Below, piece after piece: positions 49,139 to 59,536 of a DNA stretch of 64,000 nt. Source of the stretch: a virus (Duplodnaviria > Caudoviricetes). The number at the start of each line of letters is the position of its first letter. Within the stretch, counting starts at the first letter, position 1. Made by a program: the position numbers and the translations under genes. Location: the IMG/VR virus record IMGVR_UViG_3300032007_000015, one strand, 5' to 3'. The notes beneath the pieces were generated by a model that worked only from the letters and a program-made list of their open reading frames with translations, made no database searches and was not told the origin of the DNA.

Positions 49139-49631
49139 TTATTTATAATATTTATCCTTTAAATCATTATATATTTCTGTTACTTCTTTATCTGGATTTT
49201 CAATAAACATATATGCATATGGATTTTCTCTAACTGCCTTAATACAAAGTGCATTTGTTGGATTTTTAATATATGCTATAGTAAAGGGATTAATATATAT
49301 TGCTTCTTCTGCCATAGTTCTTGTTAGTTTCTTAACATATTTAATAGCAGAAGGATTTTGCCTAATTGCAGTTAAACATATTTCTTCACTCTGGTCATTA
49401 ACATAACGAAGTGTTAAACCATCTTGTGAAACTGCTACACAACATATTTCTTCCGTTTGATTTTTGATATATTGAAGCACTTCAGGATCATTAAGTACAG
49501 CATATAATTTCATTTTTTTCAGTAGGATTCTCAATATATCTAATTATTTCAGGTTGACTTTGAATTAAATAAATATATTCATCTTCAGATATATTTTTAT
49601 TATCTATTGGCAGGTTCTTTTTATTTTTCAT
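49139..49631 (-). pseudogene. DUF4116-type repeat protein interrupted by an extra base in an A7 tract
   Basis: RBS+ATG at 49631 reads ...IIRYIENPTEK; the repeat continues MKLYAVLNDPEVLQYIKNQTEEIC in another frame; removing one A (49513-49519) gives 163 aa. Confidence 0.7.
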
Positions 49632-49708
49632 TTTTCATTCTCCTTTTATTAAAAAATTTATGTAATAGTAGAAATTATTTCTACTATTACATATTTTAAT
49701 TACTATAA

Positions 49709-50350
49709 TTATGACATAAGAGTATAATAATTATTTCTAATAACCATTGCATCATATAAAGAATTATGTTTTCCTAATATTTTAGTTATATCGTCAGATA
49801 CTTTTATTGTTGATATTTTTTCTCTACACATGTCAAAAGCATTGTATTCAGTTGTTCCGTATTCTCTAGCTATTAACGGATTTATATCTGTTACAACGGG
49901 TGATATAATTTTTGGTAAATCTAATGCTGATCCGCCATTTGTTAATAAATCAAACAGTAATACGGTATCATAATGTGATACATCTGATATAAATTGTATT
50001 TGCTCTATATAGGATTTAATATCATATTTTTTATAAAGTCTATTAATCCAATTTAATAATTTTTTTGATATATCCTTCTTAGTACCTACATAAAATTCTG
50101 GATATTTATAACCATATTTTTGAAATAGATTCATCAGATATATACCTCTATCCAATTTATTATAGCGTGCATCTATAAATACTAAGTTTGATATTACGTT
50201 ATCATATATCCATTTATTGACTTTATCTATATCAAAATCTGTAAGTTCAGCGTAAAAGATATCTTCGTTATTTTCAGATACAATACCTATTGATATTAAA
50301 TCTGTATTTTTAACTAATCCTGTAAATTCAGTGTCAAAAAATAGTTTCAT
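49709..50350 (-). CDS. DEDDh 3'-5' exoribonuclease (Rv2179c/DUF5051-like)
   Basis: FFDTEFTGL, LISIGIV, SHYD, KHNSLYDA. Confidence 0.8.
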   Translation of the reverse strand: MKLFFDTEFTGLVKNTDLISIGIVSENNEDIFYAELTDFDIDKVNKWIYDNVISNLVFIDARYNKLDRGIYLMNLFQKYGYKYPEFYVGTKKDISKKLLNWINRLYKKYDIKSYIEQIQFISDVSHYDTVLLFDLLTNGGSALDLPKIISPVVTDINPLIAREYGTTEYNAFDMCREKISTIKVSDDITKILGKHNSLYDAMVIRNNYYTLMS

Positions 50351-50353
50351 TTT

Positions 50354-52075
50354 TTAGTCCTCCTTCTGTTTACCTTCACACATTAATATATATCTATTAT
50401 TGACGAAAATTCCAATAATACCATCATTTTTATTAAGATATTCTAGCACTTTCATAATTATATCATAACTACTAAACAAATTGCAAATTGTATTACTTCC
50501 ATTTTCAAAAATTATTTTTGATATATAAGGGTCTGATATATAGTAGCTCGCAACAGTGACTACGCTTATAATAATTTTATTATTTTCACATATCGCTTTA
50601 TTATATTTCAAATAAATATTTTTAATTATATTATAATATACATCATATTTATCATCAATTTTTTCAGTTTTCTTATTTTTAATATTATTAATATTTTCAT
50701 ATTTTGTTAAATTATCACAATATTTTATAAAATCACTGAAACTATAATCTTGTGGGTTATGCAATAATTTATATGAATTGTATGGATACTTATCAGGTCT
50801 TTGACGTGTCATCATATAATTCAATGCATTATTTTTCACATCAATATCAATAATTTTGATCTTATAAATAGAATACGAACCAAGATTAACTTTAGTTTCG
50901 ATAAAGTTTAAAATTGATGGGTTTTGACTTAAAAACAACGTTATTGACGATAAATCACCTAAATCTAATCTTTTATATAAACCTTCTCGATTGCATCTAA
51001 ATATTTTTTCTTCAGTTGATATTTCCTCTACAAGGTATTCAATCAATTTAGCAATTTCATATTTATATTCATTCAATACTCGAATCTCGATTATGAAATA
51101 AGGTGATAATGCATAATATGAAATATCACGTATTTGTACTATATCACCATTATTTGTTATATAGTATTTTTTCTTGAGTATAGCCTTTAATTCTTTTAAT
51201 ATCTTTCTATCACTAAAATAAAGACGGTGTTCATTTTTCGTAAAATTTGACAGCACATCAATTCGAGTATCATTTAAATTTAATTTCGATACACTTATTG
51301 CATCCATAATATTATTCTTGTATTTACTTATTAAACAAGTACGGTTATTTTTATAAATAGTAAAAAATATTGCAGATATATAAACACAATTATTAGATGT
51401 ATGTGCATAAACAGTTATATGTTTATCACAAGGATTGATATCAACAAAATGAAGTTTAAAATAGTTCAAATATCTACTTTCAATTTTCAAAGTACCATTT
51501 ATTATATATAAACTATAAGGTAAATCTCGACTATTAAACTTATAAACTCGATTACCGTATATAGTTGTCAAATTACAGTCTGTCAACATTTCTGATGAAT
51601 GATAAATGATATACATAATTATTTTATGCTTCATTTCATCTAATGTTTCTTCACTAATCTGTCTATAATCACAATTGTTAATCATTTTTGTAGTTAATAC
51701 TAGTCCATTTTCATTATCTTTATTTCCTATCTTTTTTGTATTTTTAATCATATAAAAAAGCCTTGAAACATTCATTTCATATTCATTTAATGAAACTGTA
51801 ATTATACAAGGATTAAAATATTTATTCTTTTCATTTACATCAGAGTCAACTGACTTTATATCAATAATTTTATCGTCATTATTAATATTGAAAAATGGGA
51901 AAGTTACTTGTAAGTTTAAATTCATATTACAAGAATCTAAATAAATACAAAATTTCTCATAAGTATCAGAATCAAAACTTAACTGTAATGATCTCTCACG
52001 TCTTTTTATATTTGCGTTCCATCTAGTAACTAATTTTGCATTGAATAATTTAAATTTCATTCTTCGTTCCTCCAT
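50354..52075 (-). CDS. Hypothetical protein
   Basis: 573 aa ORF. Confidence 0.75.
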   Translation of the reverse strand: MEERRMKFKLFNAKLVTRWNANIKRRERSLQLSFDSDTYEKFCIYLDSCNMNLNLQVTFPFFNINNDDKIIDIKSVDSDVNEKNKYFNPCIITVSLNEYEMNVSRLFYMIKNTKKIGNKDNENGLVLTTKMINNCDYRQISEETLDEMKHKIIMYIIYHSSEMLTDCNLTTIYGNRVYKFNSRDLPYSLYIINGTLKIESRYLNYFKLHFVDINPCDKHITVYAHTSNNCVYISAIFFTIYKNNRTCLISKYKNNIMDAISVSKLNLNDTRIDVLSNFTKNEHRLYFSDRKILKELKAILKKKYYITNNGDIVQIRDISYYALSPYFIIEIRVLNEYKYEIAKLIEYLVEEISTEEKIFRCNREGLYKRLDLGDLSSITLFLSQNPSILNFIETKVNLGSYSIYKIKIIDIDVKNNALNYMMTRQRPDKYPYNSYKLLHNPQDYSFSDFIKYCDNLTKYENINNIKNKKTEKIDDKYDVYYNIIKNIYLKYNKAICENNKIIISVVTVASYYISDPYISKIIFENGSNTICNLFSSYDIIMKVLEYLNKNDGIIGIFVNNRYILMCEGKQKED

Positions 52076-53279
52076 TTAATATAATTTTCATTTTTTCCTT
52101 TAATACTCTACTCTGTAAATATGCTGGATTAAGGTTTAATGTACCATCCTCATTATAGATAATGCTATAATCAGTGTCCATCATATCACAATATTTTTTT
52201 GCTAATTCTTCAGTAAAATCACCTATTTCTATTTTTAAATCAAATCGCCCTTCTCTAATTAATGCAGAATCTAATTCATTAATTTTATTAGTGGTCGCAA
52301 TAAAAATGAAACTATAATCTTTAAAGTTTGGTGAATTTAATCCATCAATAAAATTCATTATAATATTAATCTTTTCTCTTTCTTTTTGATTACTAACATT
52401 TTCTCTATTTCTAAACATGTAATCAATATCTTCAAATGTTATTATAAAACGATTAAACGTAAAACCCCTTGATAAATTTTCATAAAAAGAATTTATTTGA
52501 GTTTTAATATCACCGCCAACACTAAAATTCACTAATAATGATTTAGTTTCTGTGGCAATTGCTTTTATAATACTAGTTTTACCTGTTCCTGGTTTACCAT
52601 ATAATAAAATTCCAATTTTATGAATTAATTCATGTTCACTATAATATTTTTCCATTGAATAAAATGATTTAATAATTGTATTTATCTCATTATATATTTC
52701 ATCTGAGATAATAATTGATTTGAATGCCTTAGTATCTAAGTCATAATTGGTGTAACCTTTGTCATTATAATCAATTGAACGTATATGTTTTGCAGTCATA
52801 TTATTGAAATAGTAATATCGTTTCATTTTAAATTTTTTATATCTTTCATCTATTTTATCAGCATTTTTTCCAAAAATATATAGTTCAAATATGTATGGAT
52901 AATTTTTATCTTCACCATGCATATTAACATAGGCATATGTTAATATATCTAGTTTAATAAAATACATAATATGATCATTATTTTTATCGATAGCTCTTCT
53001 AATTTGAGTATATGGAAGTCTTTTATTTGTTTTTATATATTTTCGTAAATCTTTAATATCATAATTTATTATATTAGAAAATATGGTGGGATCTAATAAA
53101 TATATAAAATCAATTAATATTTCAGTATCTCTATCGGCATATCCACAAGTTAATTCATCCACAAGGATACTATAATTCTTATAAAAACTACAATTATATT
53201 TATTATTAATAAGAGTAATTATACTTTTACAATAATTATCAAAAAGTTCACTAGTAATTCTATTTATGTTGGTTTCCAT
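52050..53279 (-). CDS. AAA+ ATPase (BCS1-like)
   Basis: GILLYGKPGTGKTS, ITFEDID, ATTN, LDSALIREGRFD. Confidence 0.88.
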   Translation of the reverse strand: METNINRITSELFDNYCKSIITLINNKYNCSFYKNYSILVDELTCGYADRDTEILIDFIYLLDPTIFSNIINYDIKDLRKYIKTNKRLPYTQIRRAIDKNNDHIMYFIKLDILTYAYVNMHGEDKNYPYIFELYIFGKNADKIDERYKKFKMKRYYYFNNMTAKHIRSIDYNDKGYTNYDLDTKAFKSIIISDEIYNEINTIIKSFYSMEKYYSEHELIHKIGILLYGKPGTGKTSIIKAIATETKSLLVNFSVGGDIKTQINSFYENLSRGFTFNRFIITFEDIDYMFRNRENVSNQKEREKINIIMNFIDGLNSPNFKDYSFIFIATTNKINELDSALIREGRFDLKIEIGDFTEELAKKYCDMMDTDYSIIYNEDGTLNLNPAYLQSRVLKEKMKIILNGGTKNEI

Positions 53280-53357
53280 TGTATTTCTCCTTCTATATTT
53301 ATTTAATTTTCAATAATAAGAATGATACATAATATATTATGTATCATTCTTATATTT

Positions 53358-54947
53358 TTATATTTGGTTGAAAAAGGATAATATTTCATCTGATAATACA
53401 TCTTCATCATATTCAATTTCTTTTCCAAGTAAATCAGGGTTTTCATATACAACATATGTAAATCTTGTATTCAAGATTGTACTTATCATTTGCATAATGT
53501 ATTTTTGTTTAATCTGTTCAACTATAGTATACTTTTCATTTATTAATTTATCATATATACTATTTTCATTTATTTTCTTACACTTCTTCGTATTTCTTAT
53601 GATTCTTGTATTAACCCTCTCTTCTAAATTACCAGATATTATATATGGTAAAAATGTATCATTATAATATCCACTTTCTTTATCATATCCAGCATTTAGA
53701 ATTAATATCTTTTTAAGAATTAACATAAGTGTTATATATTCACGTCGTGTTACCAAACTTAATTCTCTACAAGAATCGAAATATTTTGCATAATAATTTT
53801 TTACTAGATTTATTTGTAATTCACTTGGTTTATGATTTTTGACATAATAATCTATCTCTTCTTCGCTTATTGGTATATCGTTTTCTTTTTTAAGAGTTTC
53901 AATGGTTTGATTAATATTTATATCAATCAATGTTGTTCTTCCCTCATCTATTTTAGATAAGTTCATTTCCATTTTATCTGCACCAGATAATCCTTCAGCA
54001 TTCTTAGTATTACTTACTTCAGTAAGTGTTTTTGAATACTGTACTCTTAAAAAGTAAGACAATTGAAACTTAATTATTGTCTTATTAAACCCAACTATAT
54101 TTTCTTTGTATTTATGAAGTTTTGAATCATAATGCTCATTAAATTTATATTTAACCATATTTTCAGATATTATGACTTTCTTTACAAATTCATCAATAAC
54201 TGAGAAAATATCTACACCAAATATCTCTCTTTGCTCAAATATTGTGCTATTATGAGAAAAACTATCAAGAACTTTAGTTTTTACATATACATATAATTTG
54301 TTATATATATTACATTCTCCGCTAAATAGTGGAAATAGCCTTTTATAAAACAAATACATTCTGTCATCGTTTTTCTCTAATTTTATGACATTTAAAGCAA
54401 AGTAGTGAAATAAAATTGGTGAGATTACTTTCATACCAAATGATATTTTAAGTAATATCTTTATATGCTCATTTGTAAACTCCAATGATTCGAGATATTG
54501 TTTATTTGCCTTTTTATATGACTGCTTATCATCTCCTGATTCAATATCATCGAGGTAGTTCTCCTCCACCATATTATTAATTTTTTCACACATTTTAGGT
54601 GTAAAAATCAACTCATAAACTTCGTCAATTAATGCTTCGAAGTCATCTTTACCAAAAAGTTTTCTATTATCTAAATCAAACTTAATGCGTAAATAAGCTG
54701 TTGCCAATTCATTATCTGTATCATAAATTGACATAAAGAAGTATATATACTTGCTAATTATATCAAGCTGATTTTCATAGCTTGTTTTTTTAATCATAAA
54801 TGTATTATATACTTTTAAATTTGGTTGATAAAATATCTTATCAAAATGAATTATAAAAAGTTTTCCATCATTTTCAACAAGATTCTCATTCTTCTTCGGC
54901 TTCCATGTGTTAATTAAAGATTTTCTATTTTTCTTGTTATCATCCAT
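53358..54947 (-). CDS. Putative sigma-like promoter-specificity subunit of non-virion RNAP (AR9 gp226 / phiKZ gp68-like)
   Basis: 529 aa, helical-looking; two genes from the chaperonin as in AR9 gp226-gp228; early-type ATATATTATTT motif upstream. Confidence 0.45.
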   Translation of the reverse strand: MDDNKKNRKSLINTWKPKKNENLVENDGKLFIIHFDKIFYQPNLKVYNTFMIKKTSYENQLDIISKYIYFFMSIYDTDNELATAYLRIKFDLDNRKLFGKDDFEALIDEVYELIFTPKMCEKINNMVEENYLDDIESGDDKQSYKKANKQYLESLEFTNEHIKILLKISFGMKVISPILFHYFALNVIKLEKNDDRMYLFYKRLFPLFSGECNIYNKLYVYVKTKVLDSFSHNSTIFEQREIFGVDIFSVIDEFVKKVIISENMVKYKFNEHYDSKLHKYKENIVGFNKTIIKFQLSYFLRVQYSKTLTEVSNTKNAEGLSGADKMEMNLSKIDEGRTTLIDININQTIETLKKENDIPISEEEIDYYVKNHKPSELQINLVKNYYAKYFDSCRELSLVTRREYITLMLILKKILILNAGYDKESGYYNDTFLPYIISGNLEERVNTRIIRNTKKCKKINENSIYDKLINEKYTIVEQIKQKYIMQMISTILNTRFTYVVYENPDLLGKEIEYDEDVLSDEILSFFNQI

Positions 54948-55009
54948 TTATATTAGTACCTCCTTATATTTTTATTATCTTTATGGTAGCACATAAAAAT
55001 AATATATAA

Positions 55010-55792
55010 TTACTTTTTGATTGTGGATTTTGTTGATACAACCTTACTTTTTTTCCCACCACCAGTTTTCTTTTTAACAATACTAATATTTTTGTTAGAT
55101 GCTGTAGTTAAACCTGCTCTTTTAACATTAGATGAATTGTGTTTTCTATTATTTTTATTTTCATTTTTCTTTTTAGCTAATTCTCTATTTATTCCTTTAT
55201 CAAGTTCTTTTAATTCATTACCAAATTTAATATTTTCAAAGGAACTTATATCTTTCACAAATTTATCAATATTTTTTTTATGTTGAGTTATAATACCTAA
55301 TTTATTCATTAATGTAAATGAATTATCTTGTATCAATCTACAAGCACAGTATATTGACTTATCATAATACATATCAAATGTTGCATTAGATTTTTCAGGC
55401 ATCTTATCTATATAATCATTATCAAGTTTATCATATAATACATCAATTAAAAATCCATATTTTTTATATAATGATGCATATTTATATATAAAACCCGGAC
55501 TATTAGAAAAAAATTTAACATAATAATTTTTAAGTGTCATTCCATTCTTTACTGAATTATCATCAGTAAAGAATAAAATAACAACATCATAATATTGATT
55601 TTGATGTGAATCTGATGGAATCTTTATATGAATTAGAGCATCATCATCTACTTGTGAATATCCAATTACTCGTATTTGCTTTTTGATTTTGGTGTATTCT
55701 TGCTCTAAAGATAAACGTTTATCATCTTTACCATTACCAAATGGATTTAATATAAATTCATTTAAAGTTTGAAAACCATATTCTTTTTCCAT
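55010..55792 (-). CDS. Hypothetical protein with basic tail
   Basis: 260 aa; YYDVVILF, FFSNSPGFIYKY. Confidence 0.75.
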   Translation of the reverse strand: MEKEYGFQTLNEFILNPFGNGKDDKRLSLEQEYTKIKKQIRVIGYSQVDDDALIHIKIPSDSHQNQYYDVVILFFTDDNSVKNGMTLKNYYVKFFSNSPGFIYKYASLYKKYGFLIDVLYDKLDNDYIDKMPEKSNATFDMYYDKSIYCACRLIQDNSFTLMNKLGIITQHKKNIDKFVKDISSFENIKFGNELKELDKGINRELAKKKNENKNNRKHNSSNVKRAGLTTASNKNISIVKKKTGGGKKSKVVSTKSTIKK

Positions 55793-55806
55793 CTCACATT
55801 ACCTTT

Positions 55807-57894
55807 CTAAAACATATGTTTACCAGTAAGTACCATCTGATTTCCTGTTATAAGAATACCCATTAAATCAGTTACAGCTTTTAATACTTCAATATCTGTT
55901 TTGGTACTATTAATAATATCTTGTGTGAATTCTTTTGTTTCCAAATTAAATACAACACCATTATATATTGAATACTTAATGATTATTTCATGGAATGAAA
56001 ATTCAATATAAGGAATATTACTTCCACCCAATGTTTCTAAATACTTATTATATATTTCTTCTCGACTTTTACATAAAGATGTATACTGCATCACATTTTC
56101 AAGTACAAATGTAAGTTTCTCATCATCAAAAATATTTTTGCCGAATATCTTTTCAGAATATTTAACAATAGTTTTCTTAAAGAAATTTATATCAGTACCT
56201 ATTACAAACATTTTATCTTCAAAAGCATTTGATAATACTTTATCATATACTTTAATAAATCCATCACGTAATATACCAATAAGTCGATGATTTAACTCAT
56301 CTTCTTTTGTATTAGTTTGTGCAAATAAATTAGTTAATACCTGTAATAATGTAACATTACATCCAAGTATATATCCATTTTTATAAGCAGATTCTGCAGC
56401 TCTAACAGCATCATCAACTGCATCTTTAGATAACTTCTGGCTTAACTCAGTATCGGCACCAACATATATTGTACCCATTTTTAATTTAAGGGAAATAACT
56501 CTTTTCTGTGCCTCTGAAACTTCAAAGTTAAATGTTCCCATCTTAGAGTATTTATTGATAGCGGTCTTTAAATCTTCTTCTGCTTCAGCAATATGCTTCT
56601 TATATAAGAAAACATTATAATCAAATCCTTTAAATATTGCTCTATTATCAAGACCAATTGACAGTTCTTTAATATGTCCAACTCTTATATTTGGACCTTC
56701 TGTTGCTGGAATAAGATAAGTTGTTTTTTCTGGGTCGAATGTTTCTTTATTATATCTAATTAATCCAATATTACCACCTTCTACAACAACAATATTTGAA
56801 TTCTCGATTTCTCTATCATCCATTCTAAAAACAACATCAACGCTATTAGCATCAATAACTGCCTGACGTAATTCATCTTCATAAGCTTTATCAATAATAG
56901 TTGTATTTAATAACATTGCTAAATCTGATAATGCACGTTTTGTTACAGTACCATGTGATCTACTAACTGTAAGAATTAAATTAACGTCATTTGTTGCTTT
57001 ATATTCCTGATTTAATTCTCTTGAAATAAGAGTTGAAATAGCAACTTCATCATAAAATGGTGCAACAACAAGTAAATGTCTTCCACGTTGCTTAGATGAA
57101 TTGCTTAATGGTTTTAATATATCCTTATATGTGTTAGCTGTAATTTTATGGCCAAATATTAATACATCAACATTTTCATGTTTTGCTATATTTTCATCAG
57201 TATTCACATATAATTTATCAGTGAGTGTTAAATCAAACTGGTAACCTTCAACTAATTCTGCTTTAGTAACTCCGTCTTTAGCAAGTTCACAAGTAATTGA
57301 TGGATAACCAATTTTTTCATATAAATCAGATATCATATCTGTTATTTCAACATCAGCATTTGAAGAGATATAAACTACCTTCTTTATTGCTTCTCTCATT
57401 TCTTCAGGATCAGTTGGAATATATGTTGCAACACTTTCTAACTGTTTAATTATAGTATTCTTTAATTCTGAATATCTATTAATAATATCACGAGGTAAAA
57501 TCATATTCTTTTCAAACCAAGCTTTATTCTTACTATAAGCCTGATAAATATTATTTACTGCCATTATAGCAGTAGTTGTTCCGTCACCAACAGCAAAATT
57601 TAATCTGTCACAGGCTGTTTGTGCAATATTTGAAATAACACAATCTACAAGTCCATGTTGCGTGTCAAATGTAATATTTTTCATTATAGTATATCCGTCT
57701 TTTGTTACGTGAGTATATGGATAATTACTAATGATTGTAGGTGCACCATAAGGACCAAATGATTTTCCTAATGATTCACCAAGTATTTCGAATACTTTTA
57801 CTACACGTTTTTGAAATTCATCTTTTTCAATTACATTTAAATATGGTTCTTTTTTTAGCCAACCATAAGCATCTTTTTTATTTTTTTTACTCAT
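55807..57894 (-). CDS. groEL: Phage GroEL-like chaperonin
   Basis: SFGPYGA, VTKDGYTI, VGDGTTTA, EGYQFD, DAVDDAVRAAESA..GYILG. Confidence 0.92.
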   Translation of the reverse strand: MSKKNKKDAYGWLKKEPYLNVIEKDEFQKRVVKVFEILGESLGKSFGPYGAPTIISNYPYTHVTKDGYTIMKNITFDTQHGLVDCVISNIAQTACDRLNFAVGDGTTTAIMAVNNIYQAYSKNKAWFEKNMILPRDIINRYSELKNTIIKQLESVATYIPTDPEEMREAIKKVVYISSNADVEITDMISDLYEKIGYPSITCELAKDGVTKAELVEGYQFDLTLTDKLYVNTDENIAKHENVDVLIFGHKITANTYKDILKPLSNSSKQRGRHLLVVAPFYDEVAISTLISRELNQEYKATNDVNLILTVSRSHGTVTKRALSDLAMLLNTTIIDKAYEDELRQAVIDANSVDVVFRMDDREIENSNIVVVEGGNIGLIRYNKETFDPEKTTYLIPATEGPNIRVGHIKELSIGLDNRAIFKGFDYNVFLYKKHIAEAEEDLKTAINKYSKMGTFNFEVSEAQKRVISLKLKMGTIYVGADTELSQKLSKDAVDDAVRAAESAYKNGYILGCNVTLLQVLTNLFAQTNTKEDELNHRLIGILRDGFIKVYDKVLSNAFEDKMFVIGTDINFFKKTIVKYSEKIFGKNIFDDEKLTFVLENVMQYTSLCKSREEIYNKYLETLGGSNIPYIEFSFHEIIIKYSIYNGVVFNLETKEFTQDIINSTKTDIEVLKAVTDLMGILITGNQMVLTGKHMF

Positions 57895-57971
57895 TACTTT
57901 TTTCCTTTCTTTCCAAAATTTTAATATATAGTTTTTTTCGCTATAAAATGCTATATATTAAAGAATAATTA

Positions 57972-58718
57972 CTAATCTGCTATTGCATAAAAATAATCAA
58001 ACTTCATCGAATGTTCTGATGATAGTTTAGCTATATCTACTTTTGGTTCATTATTCTTAAAATTATAATCATATTCTTTTGGAATAACAAAAGAAGCCAT
58101 AGATACTCTGTTCATATTATTAATATCATTAATATGAGTTATATCAGAAAATATATATGTTGCATCTTTTGACTCATCTTTTAAAACATCAGTTAAATTT
58201 CCTGCTTTATATATTACTGATGAACCAAATAAATTATCAATATCATTTTTATATATATCATGATAAACTGGAGTCCATATGATACATTTTTTAAACATTC
58301 GTGGGTTTTTATTTATTGCAGTCCTAAGCACATTTACAAAATTCAATTCAAATGTATTTGAGAGAATTTCATCATATGCTGAATCGAAGAAATTAAAATA
58401 TAATGTATATAATTTTTCATCACTAATATCTTTATATTCATCTAATAAAAATTCCCTAAAAATATTAGGAAATTTTCTATGAATATAGAATTCATATAAT
58501 GCCTCAATTCCATATCCTTCAATCAAACTCATATCACAAATTTTACTTATTATTTCAGGACATTGTGATATGTAAGATAATACAGTAAACGGAATTGATT
58601 TTATAATATCATCATATTCAATGAATAATAATGAAGAATTATAAAACATTTCATCTCTGTTAACAAATGCAAATTTTTCTCCTTCGTGTCCTTCAAATTG
58701 AAACACTGGTTGAGACAT
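57972..58718 (-). CDS. Hypothetical protein (possibly degenerate HAD fold)
   Basis: LLFIEYDDII, YIFSD, YDYN; AAAGGAGG RBS. Confidence 0.6.
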   Translation of the reverse strand: MSQPVFQFEGHEGEKFAFVNRDEMFYNSSLLFIEYDDIIKSIPFTVLSYISQCPEIISKICDMSLIEGYGIEALYEFYIHRKFPNIFREFLLDEYKDISDEKLYTLYFNFFDSAYDEILSNTFELNFVNVLRTAINKNPRMFKKCIIWTPVYHDIYKNDIDNLFGSSVIYKAGNLTDVLKDESKDATYIFSDITHINDINNMNRVSMASFVIPKEYDYNFKNNEPKVDIAKLSSEHSMKFDYFYAIAD

Positions 58719-58785
58719 AATTTACCTCCTTTCAAACTTAAAAAAGATAAGGAAATTAATTTATAATTTCCTTATCTTGAATATA

Positions 58786-59475
58786 TTAATTAAATGGTAA
58801 GTAATCTCCATTTACTGGCTGTTCATAAAATGCGTTATTTCCAGCACTTTGATTCTGATTATTAGATGAATATGCTTTACCAATAGCATCTGAATATCTC
58901 ATACCGTGAGCACTAACTGGTAATAAATCACCAATATTTTTGATACGATCAATGAAATTCAAAAATTCTGCATTTGTAGTATGCATAACACCTGAACCAT
59001 CTACTGGATTATAATCTTCTAAATAATTTGTTTTATTGAATGTAAATACTGTTGTTTTATCATCTGAAGCAATACCTTCTGGACTTACACTCTGAACAAG
59101 CTGTAATGAAAACGTTGGTTCATTATTTTCATCTTTATCATAAATAATTGATAAGATATTTTTAGCATCAGATTTTCCCATACTAACTGATACTGATTTA
59201 TGGTCGGCAGTACCTATAACTGGTTCAATGACATTTTTATATGCTTCATATAATGCTTTTGCATTACTCTGTGATAATGACGTATTACACTTAGCATCAG
59301 CATTATACTGATTTAGTCCATTCTCATCTTTACCTACTGATGGTTGCATTCTAATTGACAACATATTATTCCATCCACCATAAGTTAAACTAGCTGTATC
59401 AGAATATAATGTTTCAAATCTTGTGTTAATATTAACACCTCCATTATTCTGATTTTTGTTACTTCCGAAAAACAT
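58786..59475 (-). CDS. Putative single-stranded DNA-binding protein
   Basis: 229 aa, low-complexity N/Q linker, SSB-like DYLPFN tail; TACA-N6-TA at 59508-59519. Confidence 0.4.
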   Translation of the reverse strand: MFFGSNKNQNNGGVNINTRFETLYSDTASLTYGGWNNMLSIRMQPSVGKDENGLNQYNADAKCNTSLSQSNAKALYEAYKNVIEPVIGTADHKSVSVSMGKSDAKNILSIIYDKDENNEPTFSLQLVQSVSPEGIASDDKTTVFTFNKTNYLEDYNPVDGSGVMHTTNAEFLNFIDRIKNIGDLLPVSAHGMRYSDAIGKAYSSNNQNQSAGNNAFYEQPVNGDYLPFN

Positions 59476-59536
59476 ATTTTCGTCCTCCTTTATTTTTTTA
59501 ATTTTATTAGTAATTTGTATTTATTATCATACAAAA

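Noticed and set aside
1000-58482. Short antisense or alternate-frame ORFs nested in long genes (e.g. 1000..1281, 5760..5987, 7090..7365, 13860..14213, 14853..15161, 32240..32479, 53368..53667)
   Set aside because: No RBS; shadow-ORF composition; fully overlap better-supported genes
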